Source: Octopus sinensis (Eukaryota). From it: DNA of 64,000 nt. The stretch spans positions 100,998,001 through 101,062,000 of the forward strand of contig NC_042998.1 in assembly GCF_006345805.1 (NCBI RefSeq), in the 5' to 3' direction. Below are positions 12,879-25,110 of this stretch, piece by piece (position 1 is the stretch's first letter; every line of letters starts with the position of its first letter). The notes under the pieces were generated by a model that did not search any database, was not told the DNA's origin, and saw only the letters and a program-made list of their open reading frames with translations. The position numbers were made by a program, and so were the translations under genes.

Positions 12879-13602
12879 TATATGACATAATTTCAAAGTT
12901 TTCTCTAAACATAATTTCAGTTATAACAACTAAAGGTTAGACATTTTGGCGTAATTAAGTCTCATTGTATTTTCCGTAAATAGAAATTTATTTACTTATA
13001 TATCAGTCAATATCGAAAAGAAATAATGTGGTTAGAAAAATTTGATTGGATATTGTAACTACATGCTTATAGGTTTGATCTCTCTTTGTGGCATCTTAGG
13101 AAAATGTCTTCTGGCATAGCTACTAGCCTTGTTAATGGAAGTTCGCAGACAAATGAAAGTGCCATTAACAAAACGTGTCACACCAATGGCAATTGTCTAG
13201 AAAAGTTTGCTGTCTAAGCATCCAATGTCAATCAGGATGGCACAGGCTAAATCACTTTAAGAACAGATATTATCAGTAAATTTATAACATTAGAATATTA
13301 CAAAGATTATTCGATAGAAACGTCGCGATGCATAACTAGTTACTAAAAAATAAGTTACTTAATCATCAGTGGCATCTTGTGGACAAAGCAACGCTTTATA
13401 CACAATCCAAGTAATTCTGCAGTTCATATATTTGTGAGAAACTTCGTATTTTAAAGGACAGAAATAAAACACTGAATAAACATATCGGGCTAATTTGTTC
13501 ATGCCCGTATGTTAGAAGATTTCTGCCTAGATACCATAATGGTTTTTTCCCAAACTGTATCCTAAAATATTAATTAAATTGAACATTAAAAAAAAGATAC
13601 AT

Positions 13603-13767
13603 AGGCGCGCAGGCGTGACTGTATGGTAAGGAGCTTGCTTCCCAACCACATAAATCTGGGTTCAGTCCCTTTGCGTGGCACCTCGGACAAGTGTCTTCTA
13701 CTATAGTCTCGGGCTGATCAAGGCTTTGTGAGTGGATATCGTTTACGGAAACTGAAAGAAGTCCGTC

Positions 13768-13807
<40 letters not shown>

Positions 13808-13808
13808 T

Positions 13809-13855
<47 letters not shown>

Positions 13856-13893
13856 GTATACATATATATATATACATATATATATATACATAT

Positions 13894-13928
<35 letters not shown>

Positions 13929-14136
13929 TTGTGTGTCTGTGTTTGTCCCCTTACTGTCACTTGAAAACCAATGTTAGTGTGTTTATGTCCCAGTAACTTA
14001 GCGGTTCGGTAAAAGAGAGAGATAGAATAAGTACTAGGCTTACAAAGAATAATTCCTGGGGTCGATTTGTTTGACTAAAGGCAGTGTTCCAGCATGGCCG
14101 CAGTCAAATGACTGAAACAAGTAAAAGAATAAAAAA
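13603..14136 (+). mobile_element. SINE family A with expanded internal (TA)n
   Basis: Head, middle and tail align to family A; about 160 bp of (TA)n at 13768-13929. Confidence 0.9.
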
Positions 14137-14659
14137 GAATAATGTTTTTTGATAATAGCGTCAGAGTGACTCCTCCTTAAAAATAACGTTTCTATACTTT
14201 TCAGCTTAATTGCACATAGAAACAAATCAAACTAGACATTATTTTTCTCTCTACCATGTCTCATTTAGAAAAACCACATAGAAATATTAAAACAATATTA
14301 CACATAATTTTTCTGTTTAATTACATCCATAGACATCTATCACAAGACGTTACACTCCTCCTAATACGGCAACCGATGTTTAAAAATGTAATACTTCTCT
14401 ACTGAAATGTACTTGACTTTTTAAATAATAAATTGTAATAGCTTAATGTATAAGGATGGAACTTTAGATCTTAGAATTTATTTCACATTTCCAGAGGAAC
14501 TATGTGAAGGCGAGATTGTTATGAGAATGTGTAATAACCATGAACTGACAAAAATATGCATTGCAAACAAGCATTTCCTTTTCTATTGCTTTATGATTGC
14601 TTTAAATTCGTGTGCATGTCTGTCTGTCTGTCTGTCTGCCCTTAAAATCTAATCTACAC

Positions 14660-16965
14660 CAAAACGTACCTGCATCTACATCGGTTGGGTTATACTACCA
14701 CTGCTTTATTACAGCAAACCCAGTGCAAAGCCATGTACTACACAATGATTCATCTTCCTCATCCAGACCCTGGTCGACTGATTTGAAATGCCATAGGGTC
14801 CGGAGCAGGGGCGTTGTGAAGGGTTGAGTAGATCATGGCCTTTCCAACTTAACATGCAAAAAGCTCAATGTCCTACGGTGGTTCACTCAGGTGGTTCACT
14901 CACAGCTGCGTAGCAGCTGTTGTGAGAAGATAAAAAAATGTAAAGCCTACAACGCCTGAAGAATCTCCTCCACTTTTAAAAACTTGATGGCGCTTATCCA
15001 GCGATACAACTCTTCTAAGATCACTATCCGAGTTGCAAAAGATATTTATGTTCATCACTCAACCCTCATATTGTCTCACTGCCCATACTGCCGCTGATCT
15101 TTCTAGTCTCTTGCCAGAAGAATTTTCAGTCTTGCAGAATAACTATTTCTTCTCACCAATAATAGCTGTGTAAGCAGTACTCTCATGGAGAAAGTCTCCA
15201 TTTTCGCTGTCCAATTTCCATCCACCTCCACACTACACACCCTTATCAGTCTTCTCCAAATCTACCCCTTCCAATACACAAGATTCCCGCTTTGTATACA
15301 TATACACCAAGTCTGAAATTCCTCCGGTTGCTTTAAACCAGCAAAGCGATTGATCCCTACACTATATTTTCCATTAGACTCAAGTATGCGGTGATATGCA
15401 CTGATACGGTACAGCATGTCTCTTTCTCAAGAAAGTAACCTCCTTTAACACTAATTTAGTCAAAAACCGTCCTGCTGCACTGACTTATAACATCGATTTC
15501 AAATTTTGGCACAAGGCTAGCAAGTTCGAGGAAGAGGGCTAGTCGATTACATCGATCCCAGTGCTTAACTGGTACTCATTTTATAGACCCCAAAAGGATG
15601 AAAACCAAAGTCGACTTCGGCGTAATTTGAACTCAGAACGTAAGGACGGACGAAATGCCCCTGAGCATTTTGCCCGGCGCAGTAACGAATTCGCCAGTTT
15701 GTTGCCTTACACTCACTTAAAATACTACCAAAGTAACGGAGACAGCCATTAACAATGATGTTTTCCGATGCCTTGAACCCAACGCCCTTTCGATAGGGAT
15801 TCCCTGTATGGCATCGTAGAGTCAGATCTACTGGAGTACTATATTATGTCAGCCACCAGCGCGCTCACGCATTAGAGAAAATCGGTGAAAGCAATGTTGT
15901 TACTCAAGTTACCAGCGCCTGGTCATGTCTGGTAAGCGAATCTCCTATCGAAACTTCTCGCTATCCATCCATAACTCATCTTTTGGGTCAATAGCGTATC
16001 ATTCGCAACGTGTGTTGAGAGAGATTCTTTGTCTCATTCTTAAGCAACTCGGACACGCCTCAGGTTTTGGTGTTGCCCCTCACTCTCTTCCATCTATTCA
16101 TTAATGACCTGCTTGCAGTTACGTCCAACAACGTCCACCTTTACGCAGAGGATATTCCTAACCTTCTCCAACCGCGCATCATCCGCACCTAGACACCACA
16201 CATCACTTTATTGATTTCATTAACGGAGGTCATCCAATAGGGCTTAACTGATTTTGTCTCAATTATAAAACAAAAGAATCTCAAGTTCATATCAAGAAAA
16301 CACCTTTGCGCCACACACCGTTAAGCATAAGCAACACTCAACTAATCCTCATGGTCGCTCCAAATATCAGGACCCACTATCAACGAGTATCTCTTCCGGC
16401 GAAATTATATCCCTAACACAGGCAGGATTGCATCTGAACGACAGGACCTTTTCTGGGCTAGAAAATATTTCTGAGTCTAGCAGTTGCTGGCATCTTATAA
16501 ATCATAAGTGAAGCCTACAATCTGGGATGATGCAGTTGCTACACACACAGTACGGCGCCCCCACCCAAAAGACCAGTCGACTGATTGACGTAAAAGTCAT
16601 GCACAGACAAGCTCCAACCTCTGGACTAATGGTATGTTGCTTCCCTTCACTGTCTTTCCTAACGCTAGTGTTATGATCTCTATACCCCCTAGATGGATGG
16701 TCTTGTGCCTCATTCATCTACGCAGTTCCGACCCTTTCGACTTTTCTCACATTACTCATGTTGTATCCAACTCACGCGACCTCGCACTAATAACTTGGCT
16801 TAATTCTTCCTTTCTAGAACATCAGATTCCTGGAATCATCTTTTTTGTTGTAGGTGTTGACTTGTAACAATTTGAACAGAATGATACGGCACCCTTTTAG
16901 CTTTTCACTGAAAACCTGCAAAGGCCACAGACAATGCCTCTTATTCCAGATCCAGCAACTGCACA
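14660..16965 (+). mobile_element. CR1-clade (Zenon-like) LINE remnant
   Basis: EKVSIFAVQFPSTSTL (~15190); TLFHLFINDLLAVTSNNVHLYAED (~16085-16155, YADD-type motif); ARKYF..QLLASYKS.VKP (~16460). Confidence 0.75.
15495..15705 (-). mobile_element. SINE family B nested in the CR1 remnant
   Basis: Family B core in reverse complement. Confidence 0.85.
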
Positions 16966-17429
16966 CACGCATATGTAGACACAACATACACAGACACACA
17001 TATACATAGATACATACATACACAGACACACATACACATACATAGACACAAAATCATATGGATCTTTTAGTTTTTCAAGAATATTGGAAAGAGAGCGAGC
17101 ATATTCATGTTGGGGTAGAGTTTTTAGTCTATCACAGTAGCACCTATTTTCACTATAATATATTGAACCAGCAAATAAAGAGATTCGATTGAAACTTTTC
17201 ATGAAATGCCGACCTTTTGGCTTTTAAGCAGCTATTCCATCATTTTATTATTTGTACGTGTCATTTCGGATTTGTATAAAAAACCACTTTAACAGATATC
17301 TGTTTTATTAATTGTTCAGCTGTGCCAGGTTTTACCTATCACTTCTTATTCCACTCTTCGTCTATATTTGGAAATGCGGCTGAAATATTCTGAAAACAGT
17401 GATAGTAGTAGCTATGATCTTCGCCTGTG

Positions 17430-18290
17430 GATCCTGCTGTTGTTGGTCATGTTGCCTCTTCTGGGCAGAAAGATCTCAGGTGACCTTTACTATAACACAG
17501 GAAGCGAGTGAGTTTCGTACCTTGCATTACGCCTGACTGACCCCCGCTCTCTCTTCCCTGAATGAAGTACATATCCGCAATAACCTTGTGGTAATGAGTG
17601 TCATCACTGTCTGTGCATCTAAGCGAACTCCACCCAACCACATACTGCTGCAGGTACTCTACCTGCACGCCATTCATTCTCTCTGTTACACAAAGGTGAT
17701 GACAAGCTAAGAACCAACATAGGCCGATATTTCAGGTCGTGATTCTCGTGTTTCAGGGACCCATGTACTATGGTACTATGGTTTCAGGGACCCATGTACT
17801 ATGGTCAGGAATGTGGTGTATAAGTCATACTTATTTCCTTGTGCCTAGTTCTCAGATTTAAAGACCAGATTCCCACTTCGAAATTCCCTGCAGTAGGGGA
17901 TGGAGCAAACATCATGTCACGCATCAGCCAATCATTTTCCCACACCTTTCGAAGACATAAAAATCTTCCCTACATTTTGTAAAACAGAGATATGTATCTT
18001 TCCTCCTCGACCTTTCCCGTATTACTTCATCGGGTAAGGAGGTACTACCTTCTGTGACTTACCTCGTCCATTCTTTCTCGAATTGGTTCAAATAGCTCCT
18101 GTTGACCTACAGCATTGCAAGAGATCGAATATTATTGGCCTCCTTGTTGTTGGTAGTGCTATTTTTTATCTTTCAAATTAATATTTCCAGCTCATATTCT
18201 TCTTTGTAATTTCCACTGTACCTCTATGATTGCTTCAGCTTGCAGTTCTATTTATGTTTGATTTATTCAGTATGTTTTATTTCTAAATTA
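17430..18290 (-). mobile_element. Probable Ty3/Gypsy gag remnant
   Basis: Broken frames read EYELEIL, DFYVFERCGKMIG, LLHPLLQG, and a near-CCHC knuckle RFLCYSKGHLRSFCP (first C replaced by R). Confidence 0.5.
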
Positions 18291-18720
18291 TGTTTTATTG
18301 TTTGAAAATGAATTTGAGCTGTGTTTTTGTTATGTCATTAAAACCACAGTGAACCCGCTGTGGCGTGAACCACTTCCTGCTGTTTCTGAAACTTTCAAAT
18401 ACGAATGACATTACAAATGACTATTTGTAAAATGTATATTTGCAGTTAACAATGTCCAAAGATAAGAATTTATTCTGTCTTGGTTAATGGGATTGACCTT
18501 TACAAACACTTCGAACCTTCCCTTATGTGGCAAAATAAAAACAACTTTTCTCACAGTAATCTGACTGAAAATTATTTTTCCTCGGAGTTCTGACATAAAT
18601 ATGTACAACAACAACAACTATAAAATTTCTGATTTAGGCATAGGGCTAGCGATTTTGAGGGGAGGGTTTAATCGATTATATTGACCTCAGCACTTGACTG
18701 ATATTCTATTTTATTGATCG

Positions 18721-20310
18721 CCGCCTCAGTTTAGTATTAAGGAAGGCAAAGGCAAGGTATCAGTTCAGAAATAGTAAGGGCGAAATTAACCATTTGTTCT
18801 ACATGGATGATCCGAAGCTTTTTAGTAAGAATGAAAAAGAGATAGATTCCTTAATACTCTTAATAGATTCCTTAAAATTCTTCAGCAAAGATACAGACAT
18901 AAAATGTGGCATAGATAAACGTGTAACATTAGTCATGAGAAGGGGACAGGTAGTCAACAGCAAAGGTAACCAATTACCAGATGGCCAGACATTAAAATAA
19001 TTGAAAGGAGGAGAGAGTTATAAGTATCTAGGAGTATTAGAATCTGACAAAGTACTAACTATAGAAATGAGAACAAAAATTGAGAAGTAGTACATCAGAA
19101 GGGTGAGGATGCTAATGAAGTCAAAGCTAAATGTCCTGAATCTAGTGAAGGCTGTAAATACTTGGGCAGTATCATTACTTAGATACTCAGCAGCTTTTGT
19201 AGACTGGGCAAAGACTGAATTAGCAAAGTTAGACAGAAGAACTAGCAAGGAGTTCAATATTAATGGAGGACTCAACCCAAGGGTAAGAGTAGCAAAATTA
19301 TACTTACCTAGAAAGACAGGCGGAATAGGGTTAATATCAGTAGAAGACTGCGTGGAGTTAGCTAGGGTAGATATAGACTCCTACGTAGGTAATAGTGAAG
19401 AAAGTTTATTAAAAGGTGCTAGAGTCACAGCAAAACATAGGAAAACCAAAAGAAAAAACAAACGAAGTTAAAAACCAGAAGAAAGAACAGAAATTATTTG
19501 GCTGGCAGAAGGCGTTGCATGGTAGATTCCCAAAAATAGTTGCAGCAAATAGCAGTGGTGAGACATGGCTATGTTAGCAGAAAGAAAAGCTGAAAAGGGA
19601 GGCAGAGAATCTGTTAGTAGCAGCATAGGATTAAGCATTAAGGACTATTTGGATAAAAGCCAAGATAGACAAAAGCCAAGTAGATTCCCAATGTATGTTA
19701 TGCAAATCAAAAGAGGAAAGTGAATGTAGAATGCTGGCATCGAAAGAATACAAGAAAAGACATGACAACTTAGGGAGAGTGATCCAACGGGAGTTATGTA
19801 GAAAGTTAGTATTTGACCTTACTAATAAATGATATGAACACGAATCTAATAAAGTACTAGAAAGTAAGAAATACTAGATGTTGTGGGACTTTAACTACCA
19901 GACTGACGGAGTAATAGAAGCTAGAAGTCCTGATTTAGTAATAGTAGAAAAACAGAATAGAAGTGCCAGATAATTGACTTTACAGTCCCAAATGCTGAAA
20001 AAATCAATAAGTGAGGTATTGAAAAAATAGCAAAGTACCAAAACCTAGCCATTGAATTACAGAGACTATGGAAAGTGCGGGTAAAATGTATCCCAGTAGT
20101 TATAGGTACATTGGGAACTATTCCTAAAGATTTGAATAGATGGATAGAGGAAATAGACATAAAACCTAGTTTAGTACAGCTCCAGAAAATAGTGTTATTA
20201 GGGACAGCTCTAGGATACTTAGGAGGATTCTTGGCATCTAAGGTTGCTTGTTGTCGCTCGATGTAAGGTTTTTTTCTTTTTCCATTTGTCTAATCTGTTG
20301 TATGTATATG
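18721..20310 (+). mobile_element. R4/Dong-type non-LTR retrotransposon, 5'-truncated (RT, CCHC, RLE)
   Basis: INHLFYMDD, YKYLGVLE, AVNTWAVSLLRYS, LYLPRKTGGIGL, CMLCK, SPDL, IPVVIGTLG and LQKIVLLGT motifs; ends in (AAT)n. Confidence 0.92.
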
Positions 20311-20332
20311 AAAATAATAATAATAATAAAAA

Positions 20333-20508
20333 TCACGAGAGGTACGTGGAACAAATAGGGGCTGCACTAAGGGTGGAGCACTTGCAGAAAACAACAGTGC
20401 TTGGAACCGTTCGAATACTCCGGAAGGTGCTCGAAAAATAAGACGTGTTATCTCAGTTCACTGGTAGTGAACAGCTGACACCTCCAGAGTTAGAAGCTGT
20501 GCAAAGGC
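20333..20508 (+). mobile_element. R4/Dong-type 3' end, second family
   Basis: VEHLQKTTVLGTVRILRKVLEK*, short UTR, then (AAT)n. Confidence 0.85.
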
Positions 20509-20545
<37 letters not shown>

Positions 20546-20669
20546 TAATAATAATAATAATAATAATAACAATAATAATAATAATTTTTTTTTTTCGTAT
20601 TTTATTCTCATTTTTTCGAACTAATACAGGTAGAGTGAACCTTTCATAAGTTTTTTTTAAAAAAAGGGA

Positions 20670-21085
20670 AAACTATGCTCGGAGATAAACCTATCAACAA
20701 AAAAATACAGACAAATACAGATCTTGAAATAGAAATCAGCAAAATGTGGAACCTGAAGACTAAAACAATACCTGTTGTCATACCTGGGAATGATAGCAAA
20801 AGGGGCTGATTGCTACCTAACTCAGATACCAGGAAACCCAAAAATGGCAGAAATTCAAAAGATAATGCTCATGGGAACTGCTCATATCCTACGCAAAATA
20901 CTTTCTATGTAATCTCAAGGTTTAAAACAAACATTTTTTTAGACATCCACTAGTACAACACAAAAAACAGCCAAATATATGGCACACTAGGCATAACAAC
21001 AACGTGAACTTCCAACCTGTTGTCTCTTGAGGTCTCTGGGTCAGACTTGGAGCCAACTTGTACAAATATAATGCAAATGTCAAAC

Positions 21086-21087
<2 letters not shown>
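20670..21087 (+). mobile_element. R4/Dong-type 3' end, third family
   Basis: YTDLEIEISKMWNLKTKTIPVVI and IQKIMLMGTAHILRKILSM*, then (TAA)n. Confidence 0.88.
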
Positions 21088-21158
<71 letters not shown>

Positions 21159-21644
21159 CAGGTACATTGTTTTGTCTTGGTATAAAAGATGGACTAAAGC
21201 AAATATTCTGCTGAATACCACAGATTTGCTTGTCAGTTGTTTGACCGTAACCAGTTGACCATGTCCCTTAGTGGCTGACAATATGTGCATCTCTGATCAT
21301 GAGCAGGAGTAGTGGGGGAGCATCATAGCCGTGTGTTGAAAGGAATTCTTGGAGGTTTGGATAATTCACATTTAGAAACATGGGTGGGTCGTTCAACATC
21401 CTTAAACAATCCTTTTTCAGGGAGCCTTTGAGCGGGATAGGCCACTCGAGCAGAAGAAAATTCTAACTGGGCCCCACCTGCAAGGTCATGCGCTGTTTAT
21501 CTTGATATAAGATCACCATGTCGCGCACACATGGTTGTGATGCATGTACCTGGTGTACCCTTATCAGACGGGTAGTCATGATGAGTATACTGGGCTTCGT
21601 ATATTTTACCCCAGTGTCACTTTGATGGCACGCACTGCCCTCTC
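21159..21644 (+). mobile_element. Non-coding ~486-bp element flanked by (TAA)n on both sides, copy 1
   Basis: Aligns to the reverse complement of 36141-36604; no RT or RLE motif in any frame. Confidence 0.85.
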
Positions 21645-21651
21645 AATAATA

Positions 21652-21698
<47 letters not shown>

Positions 21699-22240
21699 TT
21701 TTTGGGCTGAGTGAATTTTCGCTACGTTCAGTCAAAGTATATTAACGGCATTCTCTCGAAATAATGAAAGGCAAAATCGACTCTGGCGGACTTTGAACTT
21801 AGAAACTATTCATACTTCATCAACTTCATTGAGAAGAATACTAATTGTATTAATTAATTCTGAGTTGAGTCGATCGTCCTTTCGTAAATTGCAGATGTGT
21901 GCATGTAGAACATGAAATGTGAAGATCTGACGTTAGAAGATGATGTTTTTCTGCTTGTAGTGCGAATTACTAATGGAAGTTGGTCAAAGATTAACTGTGA
22001 ACAATTGATTAATCTGTTATGAAGAGCCAAAGGTACAAGGTGGCATGTCTGTAACTTTTGAAGTTTAAGAGGTTATTAATGCCAAACAACTGTGATATAA
22101 CAAGTTTGTGGTGATTAAACTAATCGGTAAGGTTTAGTTAAAAGTCTTATATCTAACAGGTCAGCTGAAGAAATTTGAAGCAATAAGACTGTGGAGGATT
22201 ACAGACTTATATAATACATTATAATAGTTCTAAGGTGATT

Positions 22241-22465
22241 AAAACGGCGATCTGGAAAATCATTTGCATACTGGGCAAAATTCTTGGCGGAATTTCGTCT
22301 GTCTTTAAGTTCTTAGTTCAAATTCTACCGAGGTTAACTTTGCTTTTCATCCTGTAGGGAGTTGATAAAATAAATACCATTTGAGTACCGGCGTCGATGT
22401 AATCGACTGACCCAGCAACCCCAGAATTGCTGGCATTGTGCCAAAATTTGAAATCAATATTTATA
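22241..22465 (+). mobile_element. SINE family B, diverged
   Basis: Head, B-box and core recognisable; a further degenerate copy follows at ~22490-22640. Confidence 0.8.
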
Positions 22466-22829
22466 AGGTAGTAGTAGATGGTAGAATAGTTAGCAGTCCT
22501 TGCAGTTATTCAGTTACATATCTTTATGTTTTGAGTTAAATTTCTGCCAGGAACTCACCATTAATTTTCATCTGTCAAAGGTTGACAAAATACCTACCAT
22601 TCAAGTACGGGAACTCAGCAATCCAATTAAAATTTATAAGGTAAAATCAGTCGAACACCCTTTAGTATTTAGCTGTCCTTATTTGTTTTCAGGACAAATA
22701 ATACCGGGTTCACTCTGTTTTTCACCATTCTGGTTAGTAAATAAAATAAGTTGATATAATATTGTCAATTAACCAACTGATCGACAAACTGACTCCTGTA
22801 CCAACAATTACATTCTCGAATGTGTCTTT

Positions 22830-23030
22830 GTTGCTGTTATTTAGACCCCAGGATCAGCTCTGATCAAGCAGACAATAACCAAAAGGCGTTCAATTCTTAC
22901 AGACCTGGCTCCTCCACGTATGTGCTATACCAAGAACTATATTATCAGCTGTGTCATCTATTTATAAAGATATGAAGAACGATTTGGTTACTAGTTCTAG
23001 TAGATCTTGCAACCTCTAGTAGATCTTTAC
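22830..23030 (+). repeat. Unclassified dispersed repeat (GTTGCTGTTTAGCCCCAGG...GCTATTTCTAG family)
   Basis: Related segments at ~2390-2460 (-), 48070-48125 (-), 48770-48945 (+) and 49555-49610 (+). Confidence 0.6.
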
Positions 23031-23044
23031 TGGCACAGTAAATC

Positions 23045-23285
23045 TTTCATCTCTTACTTGTTTCTATCATTGGACTGCGGTCAAGCAGGGTTACCATACT
23101 GAAGGGTTTAGTCGAACGAATCAACACCAGTACTTGTTTTTTAAGCCTGGTACTTATTCTATCAGTCATTTTACCGAACCGCTTAGTTATGGGGACGTAA
23201 ACAAACCAATGCTCGTTGTCAAATGATGGTGGAGAAACACAAACATAAAGACACACACACACACACACACGCATAAACATACACA
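23045..23285 (-). mobile_element. SINE family A, 3' half
   Basis: Alignment to family A tail. Confidence 0.85.
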
Positions 23286-23699
23286 TCCTTTAAGTTCGTT
23301 TACGGAAAATGTTTTTGAGTACGCACAGAAAAGCTCCTACGTATTATGCCGGCTGCGGCCTAGTAATTCCAACTTGCAACAATAATTTTATGGGACAGTA
23401 CCGAACCGTGCCGGATATAACGTAAGATAAATATAGTAACAATAATAATAATTCATGGATGGAATTTCATAAATAGTTTAATGCACTGCTACGCGCGTTT
23501 CCTCAAATCACAAGTTGTTTGTGACTATAATCCGCATCCATAGGATGATTACAATATAATTTGTAACATCCATGGAAATTACGGTGAGTCGTTATTCATG
23601 TGTTCGTTTCGTCAGGCAATATACCATCAAAGTTGGAAGTGACGAATGTTTAACTGAAGGATGTTTATCAGTTTTCATCAACCAAAGGGTTCAATGAGG

Positions 23700-24420
23700 T
23701 ATGTAGGCCGCCCTATGCGTATCTGGACTAACCGTCTGTGTAAATACATAGGGGCAATAAGAGGGGGGGAGATGGAATTGTTATGATTGTATAAAGTTTC
23801 TAGATTGTGTAGTTGTTCGATGTAGACAGGAAAGAGGAGAAAGTGATAGAAAGAGAGAAAAGAAATAATAATAATAATAGGAGAGAAGGAGGAGTGCATG
23901 GTAAAGCTTGACTTGTTTTAATATTTATGTGTGCATGGGTTGGGATGGAACCGTTGGTCATTGGTTTGATCTTAGGCGCAGAGGCATTTCCTTAATAAAT
24001 TCAGATGTTGCAGGGCAAGGAACCAATTTTTTTTTGATGTTACCAGTTCAAAGTGTTTGCTAGTCGCTGATCAGGTTAGGGATTCGGTATGCCTGATGTC
24101 CTTAAGCCTGAGTTGAAAAGTATTGTTTCCTTACAGGGTCGCGTTAATTACTGCAGGTAGTACAATTAGTTCTTCGATGCTACTAGTGTTTGTGCGGATC
24201 CAGTAGGTTCAGCACCTGATGATTATCATTTATGCTCAGTTATGTAACATCGACACTTACCGTATTTTGCTTATTGATTTCATTGGAGACATAGATAGGT
24301 GTACTCCATTGTGTTAAAATATCTTAGTGATATAACCTAGGAATATAACGGTCCTTTTGTTTAGTTCGTTTACAAGGTCCATCTGTTGTTCGGTTAGATG
24401 CTAATGATGGTTAGTGTTTC
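23700..24420 (-). mobile_element. Probable Penelope-like GIY-YIG remnant
   Basis: Broken frames read NCTTCSN and GNNTFQLRLKDIRHT...TSKHF, followed by a pyrimidine-rich 3' tract. Confidence 0.5.
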
Positions 24421-24595
24421 CAGATCTTTTCCCTTTCAACGGCAGATCGAGAAATTAATTTTTTGTAATTAAACACTTCCAAACTTCGGACACTGGAAGA
24501 ATGCGTCATATAAAACATCTTTTACTCTTAGTGTTGTTGAGGAAAGTTATTTTGTGTTAAAGTTGTCGTATTTCGGTAATTTCAACATACATACA

Positions 24596-24681
<86 letters not shown>

Positions 24682-24683
<2 letters not shown>

Positions 24684-24780
24684 GACGGGCTTCTTTGAGT
24701 TGCTGTCTACCAAATCCACTCACAAGTGGATAATAAAAGTCACTTGTCCAAGGCATCACGCATTGGAACTGAATCCGGTA
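24682..24780 (-). mobile_element. SINE family A, 5' half
   Basis: Alignment to family A. Confidence 0.8.
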
Positions 24781-24869
24781 CACTAGTTTATTTTTCAAAA
24801 CGATTGAGTGTAGTATGAATGATGGTCGGGCGAATATGTACAGGTTTATTCATTGGCCCCTCACACACT

Positions 24870-25110
24870 AAATATCTGGTACTTTGTTGGTTATGACGAC
24901 ATGGGTTCCAGTTAATCAACGGAACAGCCTGCTCGTGAAATTAACGTGACAGAACGTGACAGAGGTATTACTCATTTTTGCCAGCTGATTGGACGTGTCC
25001 TACGTAAAATAAAGTGTTTTGCTCAAGGATACAACACGCCATCAGGAATCGAACTCGCAACCTTACAATCGTGAGCCGAATACTCTGACCTCTAAGCCAC
25101 GCGCCTTCAA
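24870..25110 (-). mobile_element. tRNA-derived SINE, family C
   Basis: Minus strand GAAGGCGCGTGGCTTAGAGG...GAGTTCGATTCC (A/B boxes), then TCCTTGAGCAAAACACT; related heads at 62281-62400 (+) and ~48540-48600 (-). Confidence 0.75.

Noticed and set aside
14470-14545. Possible host exon after TTTCACATTTCCAG
   Set aside because: Acceptor-like only; weak donor and no recognisable peptide
16897-17202. 101-aa minus ORF (MKSFNRISLFAGS...)
   Set aside because: The last third is microsatellite and the remainder has no recognisable motif
17752-17805. 24-bp direct repeats as a CRISPR-like array
   Set aside because: Only two units with a 6-bp spacer; simple local duplication in animal DNA
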